In this document: positions 36,782 through 51,435 of the stretch, one piece after another
Numbering within the stretch: position 1 is the first letter of the stretch
Layout of the letters: each line of letters starts with the position of its first letter
Source of the DNA: Prorocentrum cordatum
Taxonomy: Eukaryota
DNA: 64,000 nucleotides
Direction: 5' to 3'
Assembly: GCA_963575745.1 (NCBI GenBank)
Contig: CAUYUJ010000225.1
Location: 1,364,001 to 1,428,000 of the forward strand
Made by a program: the position numbers and the translations under genes
The notes under the pieces: generated by a model
What the model was told of the DNA's origin: nothing
The model's database searches: none
What the model saw: only the letters and a program-made list of their open reading frames with translations

Positions 36782-39349
36782 TCCGTCGTGTCCTCGTCGT
36801 CTCCGTCTCCGTTGTCCCTCGTCGTCTTCGTCGTTCCCCGTCTCCTTGAGCGCGCGAGCCAAAGCGACATTGAGCAACGTCGTAGTTGAGTCGTGGCGAA
36901 GCCCCTCCCTACCCTCCCCGCCGGGGGGGTGGGGGGGGGGGGGGGGGGTCGCCACCCAGATACGCATCCTCCCCGGGGGGTCCCGGAGCTCAGAAAAGCT
37001 TCAAGACGAGCCAAGAGCGACAGAAGACACCCCCAAAAGGGTACAAGAGGGCCTCGACTCGACGAACGATGGCCCCAAGACGCCCAAGACGGCCCGAAGA
37101 CGGCCCAAGAGGCCCTCAAGACGCTCCAAGAGAGCCCCAAGAGCACACCCAAGAGGGCCCCAGGCGCCAAAATCGTCAATTTTACATCGGTTTTTGAATG
37201 ATTTTGGCCTTCTCGCCTTTTCGGCTTTCCGACACTCCAAGACGGCCCAAGAGGCCCCCAAGAGGCCCCCAAGAGCGCCCCAAGAGGCCTACAAGAGGGC
37301 CCCAAGACGGCCCAAGAAGGCCCCAGGACAGCCTAAGAGGCGCCCAAGACGGCCCAATAGGGCCCCAAGACGGGCCCAAGAAACGGCCAAGAGGGGGACG
37401 AGGAACCGAGAATTCGAGACTTCCGCCCTAAGAGGCCCCCGGGAAGCCCCAAGAGGCCCCCAAAAGGCCCCAAGAGGCCCCCGAGCGGCGCCAAGACGCC
37501 CCCAAGATGCGCCGAAGACGGCCTCCGGAAGCCCCAAGAGGCCCAAAAGAGGCCCCAAGAGGCCCCACAACGGCCCCCAAGAGGCTTCAAGTTGCCTTCC
37601 AGACGCCCCCGAGAGGTCAACCACGAGATCCCAACCAACATCCATAAGGCCTCCTCCTCCTCCCCCTTCACCCTTCCTCCTCCTACTCCCTTCCGCCTCC
37701 TCCTCCTCCTCCTCCTCCTCCTCCTGCCCCCCCCCTCGTGTTGTCTTTCGTCATCTTCAGGGTCGGCGGCAACGGCCGTAAGGCCTTCGCAATAAATACA
37801 CACACAAATATAAGCAATCCCCATGTGTTCCCGTATGTTGGGGTTTTCGTCTTCTCCCCACTTCCCATGTTTCCCGATGTTTTCTGGGGAATCGACGATT
37901 GATTGTGTCTGTGTGTTTCTTTCTCTCGTGAAAGGTTACGGTAAGCATCCTCCTCCGCCCCCCTCCCCCTCCTCCTCTCGGGAGCGCGAGCGCGCACGCT
38001 GCTGCGCCGAAGCTGAATCGGGTTCCGAATGTGGTTACGCCTCCAGCTTCGGGCACGGATGTGGTAAAGGGTGGTAACTACTCGGCATACCTAAGGCTCG
38101 GTACGAGAAATGCTCCTCGGTCCTTATGATGTCGACGGCTGCGTGTGCCTTGGTCAAACCCCTCATTCGGAATATGCCGAGCTCGTGGACATAGTGATAG
38201 TGAGTCCTACGCCTATGGCGAATGCGGGAAGGGCGCCCGTGCAAATGACGCGTCTGAGAAAGATTCCTCTGAATGCGCTGTCCTAAATCAACTAGCTTAA
38301 TGCAACTTGGCGACGATCCGAGTCGCTTCGCTCCGCCTCGCATAACATCATGTACATTGGTTCCGTTTGTGCACTTCCGCACTGCCTCTGTCTTAACTCA
38401 ACATGTGAATAGGCTTCCCGCTTGATCTGGCATGTCTAGCTTAGCTTTAGCTGGTTACTTTCGCTTGGCGCAAGGTCGTCTCAAGTTTAGCTACAACGTT
38501 TGCATTCGGTGTGGTCATCCTACGAATAGCAACCCAAAGCCGCCAACGTGCCGTAGGCAACGAGTGGAGTGTCCTCAGGATCATGTGAATCCTCTGCGTC
38601 GAGTGCTTTTATACTCTTCAAGGGGCCGAGGGGACGGATTTCCATGAGCTTGTCGCGTGTTGTCGCGTGATTGTTGGACAGTGGCCGCATGACTTTGCCA
38701 AATGCCCACGAGCTATGGTAAGATTCCTCTCAAACTTCTAACATGGCCTAAGGTGTTCTCTGGGCCCGTCCACGAGCACTCTCGGGCGCATCTCGGGCGT
38801 CTTCAAGGCCCTGGAGGCCAGCACTAGAAGCCAAAATCGCTGAAAAGTCTTGTAGACTTGAAATGCTTTGCTTTTCGATCGCAAGAGCGCCCAGGACGAC
38901 CCAAGAGGCCACCAAGATTGTCCCAGAGCGGCCCAGGAGGCTCCCAAGAGAGGCTCAAAGGGGGAGCACGAACTGACATTTCGAGCCTCCCCCCCCAAAT
39001 GGCCTCCGAGACCGCCAGGACGTCGTCTGCTAGGTAGCCAAACATTGTGTTCAGGTCTAGCGGATGTTCACCCTGCTTGAGGTGCCCTTAGCGCTGACGC
39101 CGTGGTCAACGCTGACCATATACATCTGACACCGGGCTCCTTCCGCCTGTCAGCCAGCAGCAGGCCGCTCGATATGGCAGAGGACGGATCGGTAAGCATT
39201 GCGCGCAGCTGCTCGCATGCCTCCCTCGTCCTCCTAAGGACCCGAAGTAGCCTTCGCCCTAGCGTTAGCCTTAGCCTTTGACACCACGAGGTGGAGGAGG
39301 AGGAGGAGGAGGAGGAGGAGGAGGAGGAGGTGCGCCAGTCAGGGCCCGC

Positions 39350-39468
39350 TCACACCAGGGTCACAGGCTTCTCTGCGGCGGGAAGAATGACGCCCTGGGC
39401 CTCCAGGCTGTTGCCGAGCTCCCTCAGGAATGCTGCGTCAACCTCGTCGGGCCGAGGGTCCACCACCC
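39350..39468 (-). CDS. DUF4336-like protein, last exon (G)VVDPRPDEVDAAFLRELGNSLEAQGVILPAAEKPVTLV*
   Basis: gcag|G acceptor, phase fits, TGA at 39350-39352, D..FL..L...L...G C-terminal pattern. Confidence 0.75.
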
Positions 39469-39719
39469 CTGCCCCCGCTCCAAAAGCAGGAGCAGCAGAA
39501 GAATGAGGTGAGTTGGATGAGGGAAGCTCGGACAAAAAATACAAATCTAGCCCTGGAGGCGCGATCCGTGTGAGTGGCCGATCGACGCCGTGTCGGGGCC
39601 CATGCATTGGGGGTTCCAAAAAGTGTGTTCTGGCCCTGGGAAGGGGGGGGCAGGCCTGGGCGGCGGGGGTTCAAAACTCTTCTCTCCGACATCAGCAAGA
39701 CGAGGCAGAAGGGAGGAGA

Positions 39720-39875
39720 CATTACATTGCACTGCATTGCGTTGCAGATCCTTGCATTGTGCTGCGATGTATTGTCTTGCATTGCATCATGTTGCGTTGC
39801 AACTGGAGCGTTGAATTGCGTTGGAGCGTATTGCATTGCATTGTGTTGCATTGCATTGCGTTGCAGTTGCATGTG
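39720..39875. repeat. (ATTGC)n degenerate microsatellite
   Basis: Direct reading; also at 40380-40487. Confidence 0.85.
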
Positions 39876-40804
39876 TAGTACTTTGCGTTTCACTGGGTTG
39901 CGGGCGAGGGGAGAGCGGAAGACAGGGAAGGAGGAGGACATAAGGAGTTACTGAGGAGGGGAGGAAGGAGAAGTGACGAGGGAGAGGAGGAGGAGGAGTG
40001 AGGAGGAGGAGGGAGGGGAAAACGAGGAGGGAGGATGGAGGAGGGGGAACGGAGAAGGACGATGAGGAAGAAAAGATGATAATGTTGTTCGCTCCTCTGG
40101 CCCTTCTCATCGTGGTCGTCGTCGCTGTCGTCGTCGTGGTGGCATACTCCGCCACAGCGTCCCACAGCACGAAGTGGAGTGCCATCAGGTGCTCCAGAGT
40201 CCTCTGTAATATGTACGTGACGAGTAAAGTGAAGTCGTGCTTGTCTTCGGACACCGCGGCGCTGTCACGTGACGGGTGGAGTGGAATAGTTATTGTTCGC
40301 CCGCCCAAGCATTGCCATGTGACGAGTGGGGCGGGATTGTTTGTTATTGGGCCCCCGGGGAGCTGACACGCGACGAGGCGCGCATCGCGTTACAGTGCCT
40401 CGCATTGAGATGCGTCACGTTGGATTGCACTGCGCTGCGATGCGTTGCATTGCATCGCATCGCATTGCGCCGCGTTGCATTGCATTGAACATGTTCGGGA
40501 CCTGGCTAAACGAGCCCTACTAATACGCCCAAACCAGGTTCCAAAGAGCCGTACCAATAGGCCATAGCAGCCGTACTCGTAGCCCTTCATCATCATCACC
40601 ACCACCATCATCATCATTAATCATCTCCATCAACATCATCAGTATCATAATCATCATCATCATCATCATCATCAACATCATCATGACCATGATCATGACC
40701 ATGACCATGACCATCACCATTATCATCCTCTTCCTCATCCTCATCCTCATCATTATAACCATCATCATCGTCATCATCACCGTCATCATCACCATCACCA
40801 TCAC

Positions 40805-40842
<38 letters not shown>

Positions 40843-41279
40843 GCATCATCATCATCACCAGCATGATCATGATCATCATGTTCCTTCATCATCATCAGGA
40901 TAATCATGGTCATCGTAATCGTCATCGTCGTTATGATCATCAGTGTCATCATTATCTTTACCACCATGATCACCATCGTCACCATCTGCCACACTGCTTT
41001 CAAACAACACCGTCATCATCACTATCACCATCATAATCGCCCATCATCATCATCGTTATTGTAAACACTGTCGTGATTATCCTCGCGCTCACACTGCCCG
41101 ACGCATCCCAGAAGGCCCTGAGCAACCCGGAGGGCATGTCAAACCCAGAACGCTCAAACGAGCGCCAGCCCGCCACGGCCTCCTCAACCCTCCGACCCAG
41201 CACCACTTCAACTCTCCAACCCGTTCATTCTTCCAACCCTTCGAATACCGACGAACCACCTGGGCAAACGGGCAACCCG

Positions 41280-41600
41280 GCCGACCAACCAACCAACCAA
41301 CCGACCAACCAACTAACCAACCAACCGTGCGACCGACGAACCAACCAACCAACCAACCACAAGCGACCGACCAACCAGCCACCCAAGCAATTTTACCAAC
41401 AAACCAACTAACCAACCAACCAGCCAAACCAAGCAACCAACCGAACAACCAACCAACCAACCAACCAACCGATAAATGAACCAACCAACGGAGCAACTGA
41501 CCAACCAACCAACCAATCATCCATCCAACCAGCTAATCCATTAGCCAAGCAGCCAACCAACCAACCAACCAACCAACCGACCGACCGACCGACCGACGAA
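41280..41600. repeat. (CCAA)n microsatellite
   Basis: Direct reading. Confidence 0.9.
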
Positions 41601-42061
41601 CCAATCAATTTTGGCACAACCCTCACACGGATCGCGCTGCAGGGACCGGAAAGATTTTTTTTGAACCCTCTGAGCAATTCTTTTGAACTCTCAGAAAATT
41701 GAACCTGCCCCTGGTGAGGTCGAGGTGGAGAGGGAGGAGGGAGGAGAGGGTATCCAAACATTCACGACCGTAAGGATCCGCCACCGTGCCGCTGGGCACT
41801 GGGTGGGCGTGTCCTCAGGTCCTGTGCATAATTCCTTAGGCCCCAATCCTCACTCCTTACGAGTCTTGTAAAGGGGCCTGGACCCCAAATTCTCAAATTT
41901 ACCAGGTACGGATCTCAACATGGATGCCCCGGCCCCGAAGCTTTTTGCACATGCTCCTCAACCGCTCCTCATGCGCTCTGCCGCGAAGACCAAGGCCGCG
42001 CCGAGCCCGCTGCAGTAGCGACGCCGGCCGCGTGGGCGCGTCTGGGAAGAGCGTGCCGCCC

Positions 42062-42137
<76 letters not shown>

Positions 42138-42355
42138 TGGCGTCGTCGTACGAGAAGGAAGGGGAGGAGGAGGACGACGAGGAGCAGGAGGAGGAGGAGG
42201 AGGACGAGGAGGAGGAGGAGGAGGAGGACGAGGACGAGGAGCAGTAAGAGGAAGAGGAGGAGGAGGAGGAGGAGGAGGAGGAGGAGAAGGAGGGGGCGGT
42301 GGTGGGGGCGGGTTTCTTGCCCTGGGCGCGTCGCGAGGACGTGGGCCCAGCGTGC

Positions 42356-42479
42356 CGAACGGCAGCACCGGGGCGTCGAGGAAGCGTCGGAAGGCGCTGG
42401 TCCAGTCGCCAGGCCCGCAGGGCACGGGCCCCTCGAAGTGCGCGGACAGCATGGTCGTGAACGGCCACCTCGACACCTC
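42356..42479 (-). CDS. DUF4336-like exon [41 protein letters not shown]
   Basis: ctccag|G ... g|GC; W.F......HF..P...GP.D...AF..FL family pattern. Confidence 0.85.
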
Positions 42480-44838
42480 CTGGAGGAGAGGCTTCCAGGC
42501 GGCGCGGCGAGGCTTCCGCGGGCAGGGCCGCGCCATTCCCCTCTGCTCCTGTCCGCACTGCCCCCCTCCATCCTCCCCCTCCTCCCTCTTCCTCCTCGCC
42601 CCTCTTCCCCCTTCCTCCTTCTCCCCTCCTCGCCCCTCTTCTTTCTCGCCCCTCTTCCTCCTCGCCCCTCTTCCTCCTCGCCCCTCTTCCTGCTCGCCCC
42701 TCTCCCATCCCCTCCCCTCCTCCCCCTCCTCCCTCTTCCTCCCTCTTCCTCCTCAACCACTCTTCCACCTCCCCCTCCCAGGGTCAAAAACAGCCGTGAT
42801 GTGCTAGCATCGCTGGCGCGCCGTCGGGACCTCGCCGATGTGTCCCCGATCGCAGGCTGGCTGGCCCAGCTCGTGGGCAACGAGAGGCGCTCGCGCCCCC
42901 GCCAGCGGCAAGCTTGCCATTTGGAGTCGACGCTTGCTTCCCTGAGTGCACAGGGCGACAACAACACACCCTGTGGGAGCAGTCTGTGTCCCGAATCTGA
43001 ACGTGTGAGCGACCAATAGCGCTCTAAGATACGGGGGAGAACCCCCCATTTTGCGAGTTCAGCTCTCTCACAACACCACAGCGCACACAGTGGGATCCCC
43101 TGCAGCCTGCTGGCTAGTTGGGCTGCAAGCCTCCTCTGCCTCAACCTTTTTGCTTAACCTCCTGCGTCCAAGAGTTGCAGAAGCCTGGCCTGCATCAGCT
43201 GCCCTCACTGCGCTGCCAGCCAAGACGCCTCGAGGTGCGATCCGCCGCCAGGGCCCGCTTCAGCGGCTGGCCGCAACGAGAGTCCTCTGCAGCTTGCCGA
43301 CCTCGTCTCCGTGGCCGCGTCCACGAACCTGGCCGATAGCCACGCACAGCGCGCGCGGTGCTGCGTCGAACGCCCCAGACAGTCCGGTACATATCGAGGG
43401 CTTCGAGGTCCATGGGCGCCTCGAGGGCCATGCCCGCCCACATCGAAGGTCATGGGCGCACATCGAGCTTCCGTGGATGGAAACAGATGGGGCGAAACCA
43501 AACATAACGTTGGAGTTCCACCATTTCATGAGTTGGACCACGGCCCAGGCACCGACGACCGCTCGTTGAGAAATCCGCCAATGCGTTTTGCGCCCATTCT
43601 CCAATTAGGCTTGCCTTACTTGATTAAAGAGTGGTGCCTCCTCCTCCTCCTCATCATCATCTAAACTCTTCCTCAAGCTCCATCCTCCTCCTCCTCCTCC
43701 TGCCTCCTGCCTCCTGCTCCTGCTCCTGCCCATCCGTCCTATTCCTCCTCCTCCTCCTCCATGCCTTTCCCTTATGAGTAACTCCTCCCTGTCGCACCCC
43801 GAGGCCAGTTGGAAGGGCGGGCTGGGCGTTTCGCCTGAGACTTCCTTATGCTGTATGAGCCTGAGGCTTACACACTGGAAACAGGTTCACACATGGAGGG
43901 CGGATCGCTTCCAAAATGTGGCTCTCGCTAGAGCGCCCCGCACATTCTGTAACATAGAAATCATGTGTTAAACAACGTGTAACAGTTTCACGGATTGAGG
44001 GCGAGTGGTTTTCAAAACGTACTCTCGCCGTAGTGCCGCGCACATTCGCGTTCAAGCTGTGCAAGAGTTTCGCGGATCGAGGACGGGCCGTGTTCAAAAT
44101 GTGTCTCTCGCCTTAGCGCCGCGCGCATTCGTTTTAAAAGTTTGCAAGAGCTTCACGGATTGAGGGCGAGTCTTGTTCAATATGTGGCTCTCCCCGCAGC
44201 GCCGCGCACATTCGTTTCAGAGTTTTCTCCGACATGGTGATGTGCAACGATTCAGGATTGCCAGGGCGCAACAGTTACGTTGATTCGCGGTGTTGAAGTC
44301 CGAGAAATGGCGTTCTGGCACGATTCAGGCTCGCCAAAACGCAACAATCAGGTTGACCCGTGGCGTTAAGTCTTGAAACTGTTTTCGGCAAGCGTCAGGA
44401 TTGTCACAACCGCAACGGGGCACTTCCCTCAGTGGAAATTCACCCGTGTAGTGGCCTGTGAAAAGGGAGTTTGGAGGGAGAGTGAATTCCAACATCGTTG
44501 ATGGATCTTGGGTTTGCACTGGTCCTCCTCCTCCTCCTCCTCCTCCTCCTCCTCCTCCTTCTCCTCCTCCCTCCCTCCCTCCTTCCCTCCCTCCCTCCCT
44601 CCCTCCTCCCTCATCTCTCCTGCCTCCTCCTCATCATTCTCCCTTCTCCTCGCCCTCTTCCTCGTCATCGTCCTCGTCCTCGCCCCCCTCCTCCTCCTCC
44701 TCCTCCTCCTCCTCCTTCTCCTCCTCCCTCCTTTTCCTCCCAAGCCTCCTCCTGCCTCCTGCTCCTGCCCTTCATCCTGCACATCCTCATCCCTCCATTT
44801 CCCCTCTGCGCATTCCCCCGCAGGTCGGCCCGCGACTC

Positions 44839-44895
44839 CTCCACAAAGGTGCGCAGGGTCCTCGAGTCCTCCTGGCCACGATTGAGCACCAGCTC
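44839..44895 (-). CDS. DUF4336-like exon ELVLNRGQEDSRTLRTFVE
   Basis: ctccag|G ... gag|GA, 57 nt, completes PPILQELVLNR. Confidence 0.8.
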
Positions 44896-45699
44896 CTGGA
44901 GCCGCGGCCGGCGGCCGCCTGCCGCCATGCGGCCCTCCTCCTACGCCCATCAGCCATCATCGTCATTGCCTTCCTTTCTCCTCCTCCTCCTCCTCCTCGT
45001 CCTCGTCCTCCTCCTCGTCCTCCTCCTCCTCCTCCTCCTCCTCGTCCTCCTCCTCCTCCTCCTCGTCCTCCTCCTCCTCCTCCTACCCCACCTTCTCCTC
45101 CTCCCCTTGCGCCTCCTGCTCCTCTTCCCCTTCCGCCTCCTGCTCCTCCTCCTCCTCCTCCTCCTCCTCCTCCTCCTCCTCATCTGCCTCCTCCTCCTCC
45201 TAATAGTATTATTCGTATTTGAATCCTTCTCACCCTCCACCTCCTCGTTCACTCTATTTCACTCACCTTCTCTCCGTCATCCTCCCCCTCCTCCTCCTCA
45301 TCCTCCTTCGCCTCCCTGCTCGTGCTCCTCATCCTCATCATGCTCCTCCTCATCAGCATGTTCAAACATCGCTCTCCCTCTCTCTCTCTCTCTTTCTCCC
45401 TCTCTCTCTATGCTTTTCCCTCTCTTTCTCCAAGTACATAGTTATATTTGCACTGTTGTTCTCTCTCCCTCTCTCTTTCCCCAACTCCCGTCTCTCCTCT
45501 CCTCATATCTATATACAAGATATTGTTGGCTCGCTTCGCTTCGCCACAACATCTTGTCCCTCATCCTCATCCTTGGCGCAGGAGCGCGGGTCTGGTACCT
45601 CGCCGCGCTATGTGGTCACAGAATGTGGCGAGCTCGTGAACTTTCATTGCCATAGGGGTGTAAACTTGATGTTTGTCGCGAGCTCGACGGCTCAGGGCT

Positions 45700-46775
45700 G
45701 CGTGGGTGTGTTTTTGTAAGGAATGAACATGTTTGGAAGTGAAAAACCACCCGACGGGCCGAACCAACTTGTGGTTCACGTCGACGGCTGTTTTTTTTCG
45801 GGGCCCCGGATGGGAGCGTCTGGCGCTCTGCGGGCACGCTGGCGCCGAGGGGCCGTCGTGTGCGTGCGTGTGTGTGTGTGTGTGTTTTCGTAAGGAATGA
45901 GCATGTGCGCGGACGCAGAGCAACCCGACGGGCCGAACCAATTTTTGGTTCACGCTGACGGTTGCTTGTTCTTTTTCGTGCTCGGGATGGGGGGCGTCTG
46001 GCGCACTCCGGGCACGCTGGCGTCGAGGGGCTGTCGTGGGTGTGGGTTTTCGTAAGGAAAGAGCATGCCCCGGGGCGCGGAACCACCCGACGGGCCGCAC
46101 CAATTTTTGGTTCACGTCGACGGTTGCTTGTTCTTTTTCGGGCCCGGGATGGGGGGCGTCTGGCGCCCTCCGGGCACGCTGGCGTCGAGGGGCTGTCGTG
46201 GGTGTGGGTTTTCGTAAGGAAAGAGCATGTCCCGGGGCGCGGAACCACCCGACGGGCCGCACCAATTTTTGGTTCACGTCGACGGTTGCTTGTTCTTTTT
46301 CGGGCCCGGGATGGGGGGCGTCTGGCGCCCTCCGGGCACGCTGGCGTCGAGGGGCTGTCGTGGGTGGGCTTTCGTAAGGAAGGAGCATGTCCCGGGGCGC
46401 GGAGCCACCCGACGGGCCGAACCAATTTTTAGTTCACGTTGACGGCTGCTTGTTCTTTTTCGGGCCCGGGATGGGGGCCTCTGGCGCCCTCAGGGCACGC
46501 TGGCGTCGAGGGGCTGTCGTGGGTGTGGGTTTTCGTAAGGAAAGAGCATGCCCCGGGGCGCGGAGCCACCCAACGGGCCGCACCAATTTTTGGTTCACGT
46601 TGACGGCTGCTTGTTCTTTTTCGGGCCCGGGATGGGGGGCGTCTGGCGCCCTCAGGGCACGCCGGCGTCGAGGGGCTGTCGTGGGCGTGGGTTTTCGTAC
46701 GGAAAGAGCATGTCCCGGGGCGCGGAGCCACCCAACGGGCCGAACCAATTTTTGGTTCACGTTGACGGCTTCGTT
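45700..46775. repeat. 160-162-bp tandem satellite, about 6.5 copies, followed by two ~76-bp copies ending near 46905
   Basis: cgtaagg/cgtacgg at 45889, 46051, 46213, 46373, 46534 and 46696. Confidence 0.95.
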
Positions 46776-48165
46776 TTTGAGAGCGTGACCGGCCGGCCGG
46801 CCGGCGCGCGGAGATGTTTTTCGAACGCAGGCTCACGTTGACGGCTTCGTTTTTGAGAGCGTGACCGGCCGGCCGGCCGGCGCGCGGAGATGTTTTTCGA
46901 ACGTAGGCGTCGCGCGTCCCCCCGCGCGGCGCAGCGCTATGCGCCGTGGCTGTCCTAAGCGGGCGTCGGCGTGTACCTCGCGGCGGTTGGGGCCGTGTGG
47001 GGCGTCTTGGAGGCCTCTTCGGCCGTCTTGTGACGAACTGGGGCATATTAGAGCGATCTGTGGGCGTCTTGGAAGGCTTCTGGGGCCGGTCGGACCAGCT
47101 TGGCGGTAATTTCAAGCATTCTCGGGGTTGTCTTGAGCCCGTCCGGGGGGGTGGCGAATTAGGTGACGCCCATCCGGGGGGGGGGGGTCCCTTATCATTT
47201 GATAGGGAAAAGGAATATGTATATATATATACACACATATACATATATACACACATACACAACAAGACTGCAGTGGCGCTTCGCACCATGCACCTCGGTC
47301 TTTGAAGTTTGGTATGCAGGCGGAATGGCAGGAAGGTCAAACCGACAATTTAGCGATAACTCCTTGTTGACTTTGCCAGCATCACCGTTATAGTAGTGTA
47401 ATTCGTTATCCTTCCTCCATGCTTCTCTTTCCTCATTCTCGCCATACCCTGCGCATTCTCCCTATCTTTCTCAGCTCTTTTTGCGGAGGCTCCTCCTTGG
47501 AGAGTCTTTAGGAGCCTCACAAAAGTTGTTCAGGCTTTCTCAAGGCCTTCTGGAGGCCTCCTGGGCGTGTTCTGGGGGCCTCTGGAGGCGCTCTCGGGTC
47601 ACCCTGCCTCCAACCGCGGTCTCCCTGAACGACCAGGTTACGATTTGGAATGCTTCGGAGGGTGTCTTGGGGCCATCTTGAGCTGCCATGGGGCTCTCTC
47701 AGGGCCATCTTGGACCCCTGTTGTGCCGTTTTGGGGCTCTCTTGGACTGCCTGGAAACTCTTTTCGGATGGTTGTGGGACGATGTTGGAGCTTCCCAGGC
47801 GGCTTCGGATGCCCAGAAAACCGCCGTCTTGGAGCGTCGGGAAGCCGAGAAGAGAACCCCGAAATTCACCAAGAAACCGCAGAAAATCAATGAGTTGTGC
47901 CTCTTGGGGCCTTCTTGGGAGTGCTCTTGGAGGCCTCTTGGGACGTTTCGGAGCGATCTTTGGGGGTATGACCGCTTCTTGGAGGTCATCGTGGACCGTA
48001 TTGGGGCTCTCTGGGGTCGTTTCGGGAGCGCGCCGAAGGCCTGAAACCCGTATAGGGCCGTCTTCGGGCTCTCGTGAGGTTCTCCGGGGTCGTCTGAAGG
48101 GTTGCCCAGAGGACCGGGGAGGGCCAAATTCGTTCGGGGGGGCGCTTTTTCCAGCGTCCCCGGCC

Positions 48166-48166
<1 letters not shown>

Positions 48167-48215
<49 letters not shown>

Positions 48216-48418
48216 CAGAGAGAGAGAGAGAGAGAAATATGAATGGGAATACACATTCATGCATACATACATACATACATACATACATACATACATACAT
48301 ACATCCATAGACACATACATATATGCATGCATACATGCAAACATACATACATTCATACATGCATGCATACAGCTACATATACATATGCATGCACATGTAC
48401 ATTTACAGTTCCACATAC

Positions 48419-48449
<31 letters not shown>

Positions 48450-51435
48450 CATACATCCATACATACATCCATACATACACACACATACACATGCACATGC
48501 ACATACACATACACATACACCTATACATCTACATCTACATATACATCTACATCTACATATACATGTACACACATACACACATATATACATGCATGCATAC
48601 ATACATACATACATGCATACGTACACCGTATTACATGCATACATACCTGCCTGTCTGCCTACATACATACATACATACATGCGTAAAGTTACACACATAC
48701 ATACATACATACATACATACATACATACATACATACATACACACACACATACATACATACATACATACATACATACATACATGCATACATACATACATAC
48801 ATACATACGTGCATACCTGCATGCATGCATGCATATATACATACACGCATACAACAGTTACATACACATGCCCGTAACTACATACATAGTTACATGCATG
48901 CATACACTCATGCAACCATGCATACGCCCATACACACACTCATACTTTCCTACATACATACATACATACATACATACATACAAACAAACACACATGCATA
49001 CATACATACATACATGCAGTACATACATACACACATACATTTCTATACATACATACATTCATGTAAATACATATTCATACAACTTTTCATACATACACAC
49101 GTATACAAACATACACACATACCTGCATCCATACATACATATATTCATCTATACACATGGACAAATGCACACACATCTGCATAACATGTAAACTGTGTGT
49201 ATGGCCATATGTCGTCTTATGCAGCGCCCTCTCTGTATCCGCCACCGTGCCTGCTGCACGTACAGGCGTGGAAGAATGCCAAGCGCTGCCTGACAGGCCC
49301 TCTGTAGTCATCTAAGGGACTTCCCCATCCTCCCGATCACACCCAGCCAACTACCACACCCCTACTCCCAGCGGGTTCCTGGGCGGCCATGGAGCCTCCC
49401 TGAAGCTCTCCAAGGCTTCCATGACGGCCCAGGAGACCCCCACGACGGTCCAAGAGGGCCCCGAGTCGCCGAACGATCGCTCGAAGACGCCCAAGATGGC
49501 CCCACGATGGCCCAAGAGGCCTCCAAGAGGGTCCCAAGAAGCAACAGCCATTGATTGTCCGTCAATGGTTGGAAGATGTCAACGTCTTCGCCTTCTCTGC
49601 TTTCCGACGTTCCAAGACGGCCCAAGAGGCCCACAAAACCACACCAACACTCTCGAAGATGCCTCCAAGAGGACCCTGAGACGGCCTCAGAGCGCCCCAA
49701 GACGGTCCAAGAAGCGCCCACGACGGGGCCCCAAGACGGCCCCGTAAAGGGACCTAAGAGAATACACGCGAACTGAAAATGCTAGCCATCCGCCCCAAGA
49801 AGCCCCCAGGAGGACCCAGAGGCGCCCAAGAGGCCCCAACAAGTCTCCAAGTGGCCCTCCAGAGGCCCCAAGAGGCGCCAGACGTCCCAAAAGAGGCGCC
49901 AAGAGGCCCCCAAACTACTCCCAAGAGGCATCAACACTGCCTCCAGGAGGCCTCCGAGAGGCCTCCGAGCGGCCTCCCACGAGACCCCAACGAACATCCA
50001 ATAAACTTATAACCCGCAACCCAAGCTCGGTGGCGGGATTTGCCGTAGGACGCTGTATGTATGTATTTATGCGTGGATATATACATGCATGCATGCATGT
50101 CTGTCTGTCTGTCTGCTGTCTGTCTGTCGGTCTGTCTGTCTATCTGTCTGTCTGTCTGTCTGTCTGTCGGTATGTGTGTATGTGTATGTATGTATGTATG
50201 TATATATGTGTATATATATATATATGTGATATTACATGTATGTGTGTATGAATTTAGGTATGCGTGTATGTAGGTATGTCTATGTGTGTGGATGTGTGTA
50301 TGGATGCATGCATGCATGCATGTACGTGTGTGTATGGTTGTATGTATGTATGTATGCATGCATGCATGTATCTACGTATGTGCACGCATACATGCATGCA
50401 TACATGGTTGTGTGTATGCGTGTATGTATGCATGCATATATGTATGTATGTATGTGTGTATGTGTATATGACTGCATGCATGTATGTATGTATGTATATG
50501 TACATATGAGTGTACGCATGTATGGATGGTTGTATGTGTGTGCATGCATGTGCGTGAATGCATGTATGTATGTAGGCATGTAGTTAAGCACGTATGTATG
50601 TATATGATTGTACACACATACATATGTACATATATATATATATATATATGTATACGTGTATGAGCCTGCACAGACAGACACGCCTATATGCACGCACACA
50701 TATATACATACATGCAACCGTACCTACCTACATACATGCATACACACATGCATGCATACACACATACATGCATGCACACATACACACGCATACATACATA
50801 CATACATACACACATACATACATGCATACATACATACACACATACATGCATGCGTGCATGCATGCATACATACAGACATGCATATATACATATATACATG
50901 CATGCATGCATGCATGCATGTACACAAACATACATACACACATGCACACACATACATACATACATACATACATACATACATACATACATACATACAAACA
51001 TACATACATACATACATGCATACATACATACATACATACATATATACATACACACATGCATTCACATACAGTACATTACATTACATTACATTACATTACA
51101 TTACATTACATTACATGACATTATATACATACATACATACATACATACATACATACATACATACATACATACATACATGCATGCATGCATACATACATAC
51201 ATACATACATACACATATACATACATACATTACATTACATTACAATACATTACATTACATCACATCACATTACATTACATACATACACACACGTGAATAC
51301 ATGCATACATGCATGCATGCATACATACATTCCATACATACATGCATACACACATACATAAAATTATGCATACATGAATCCATCCATCCATCCATCCATC
51401 CATCCATCCATCCATCCATCCAGACAGACAGACAG

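Noticed and set aside
38050..38740. Lower-GC unique island (similar ones at 7650-8560, 30400-31300 and 52080-52700)
   Set aside because: Multiple stops and no recognisable motifs; cannot be assigned without a search.
42790..43570. Possible decayed LINE C-terminal fragment on the minus strand
   Set aside because: Protein-like, but no diagnostic motif could be identified by eye.
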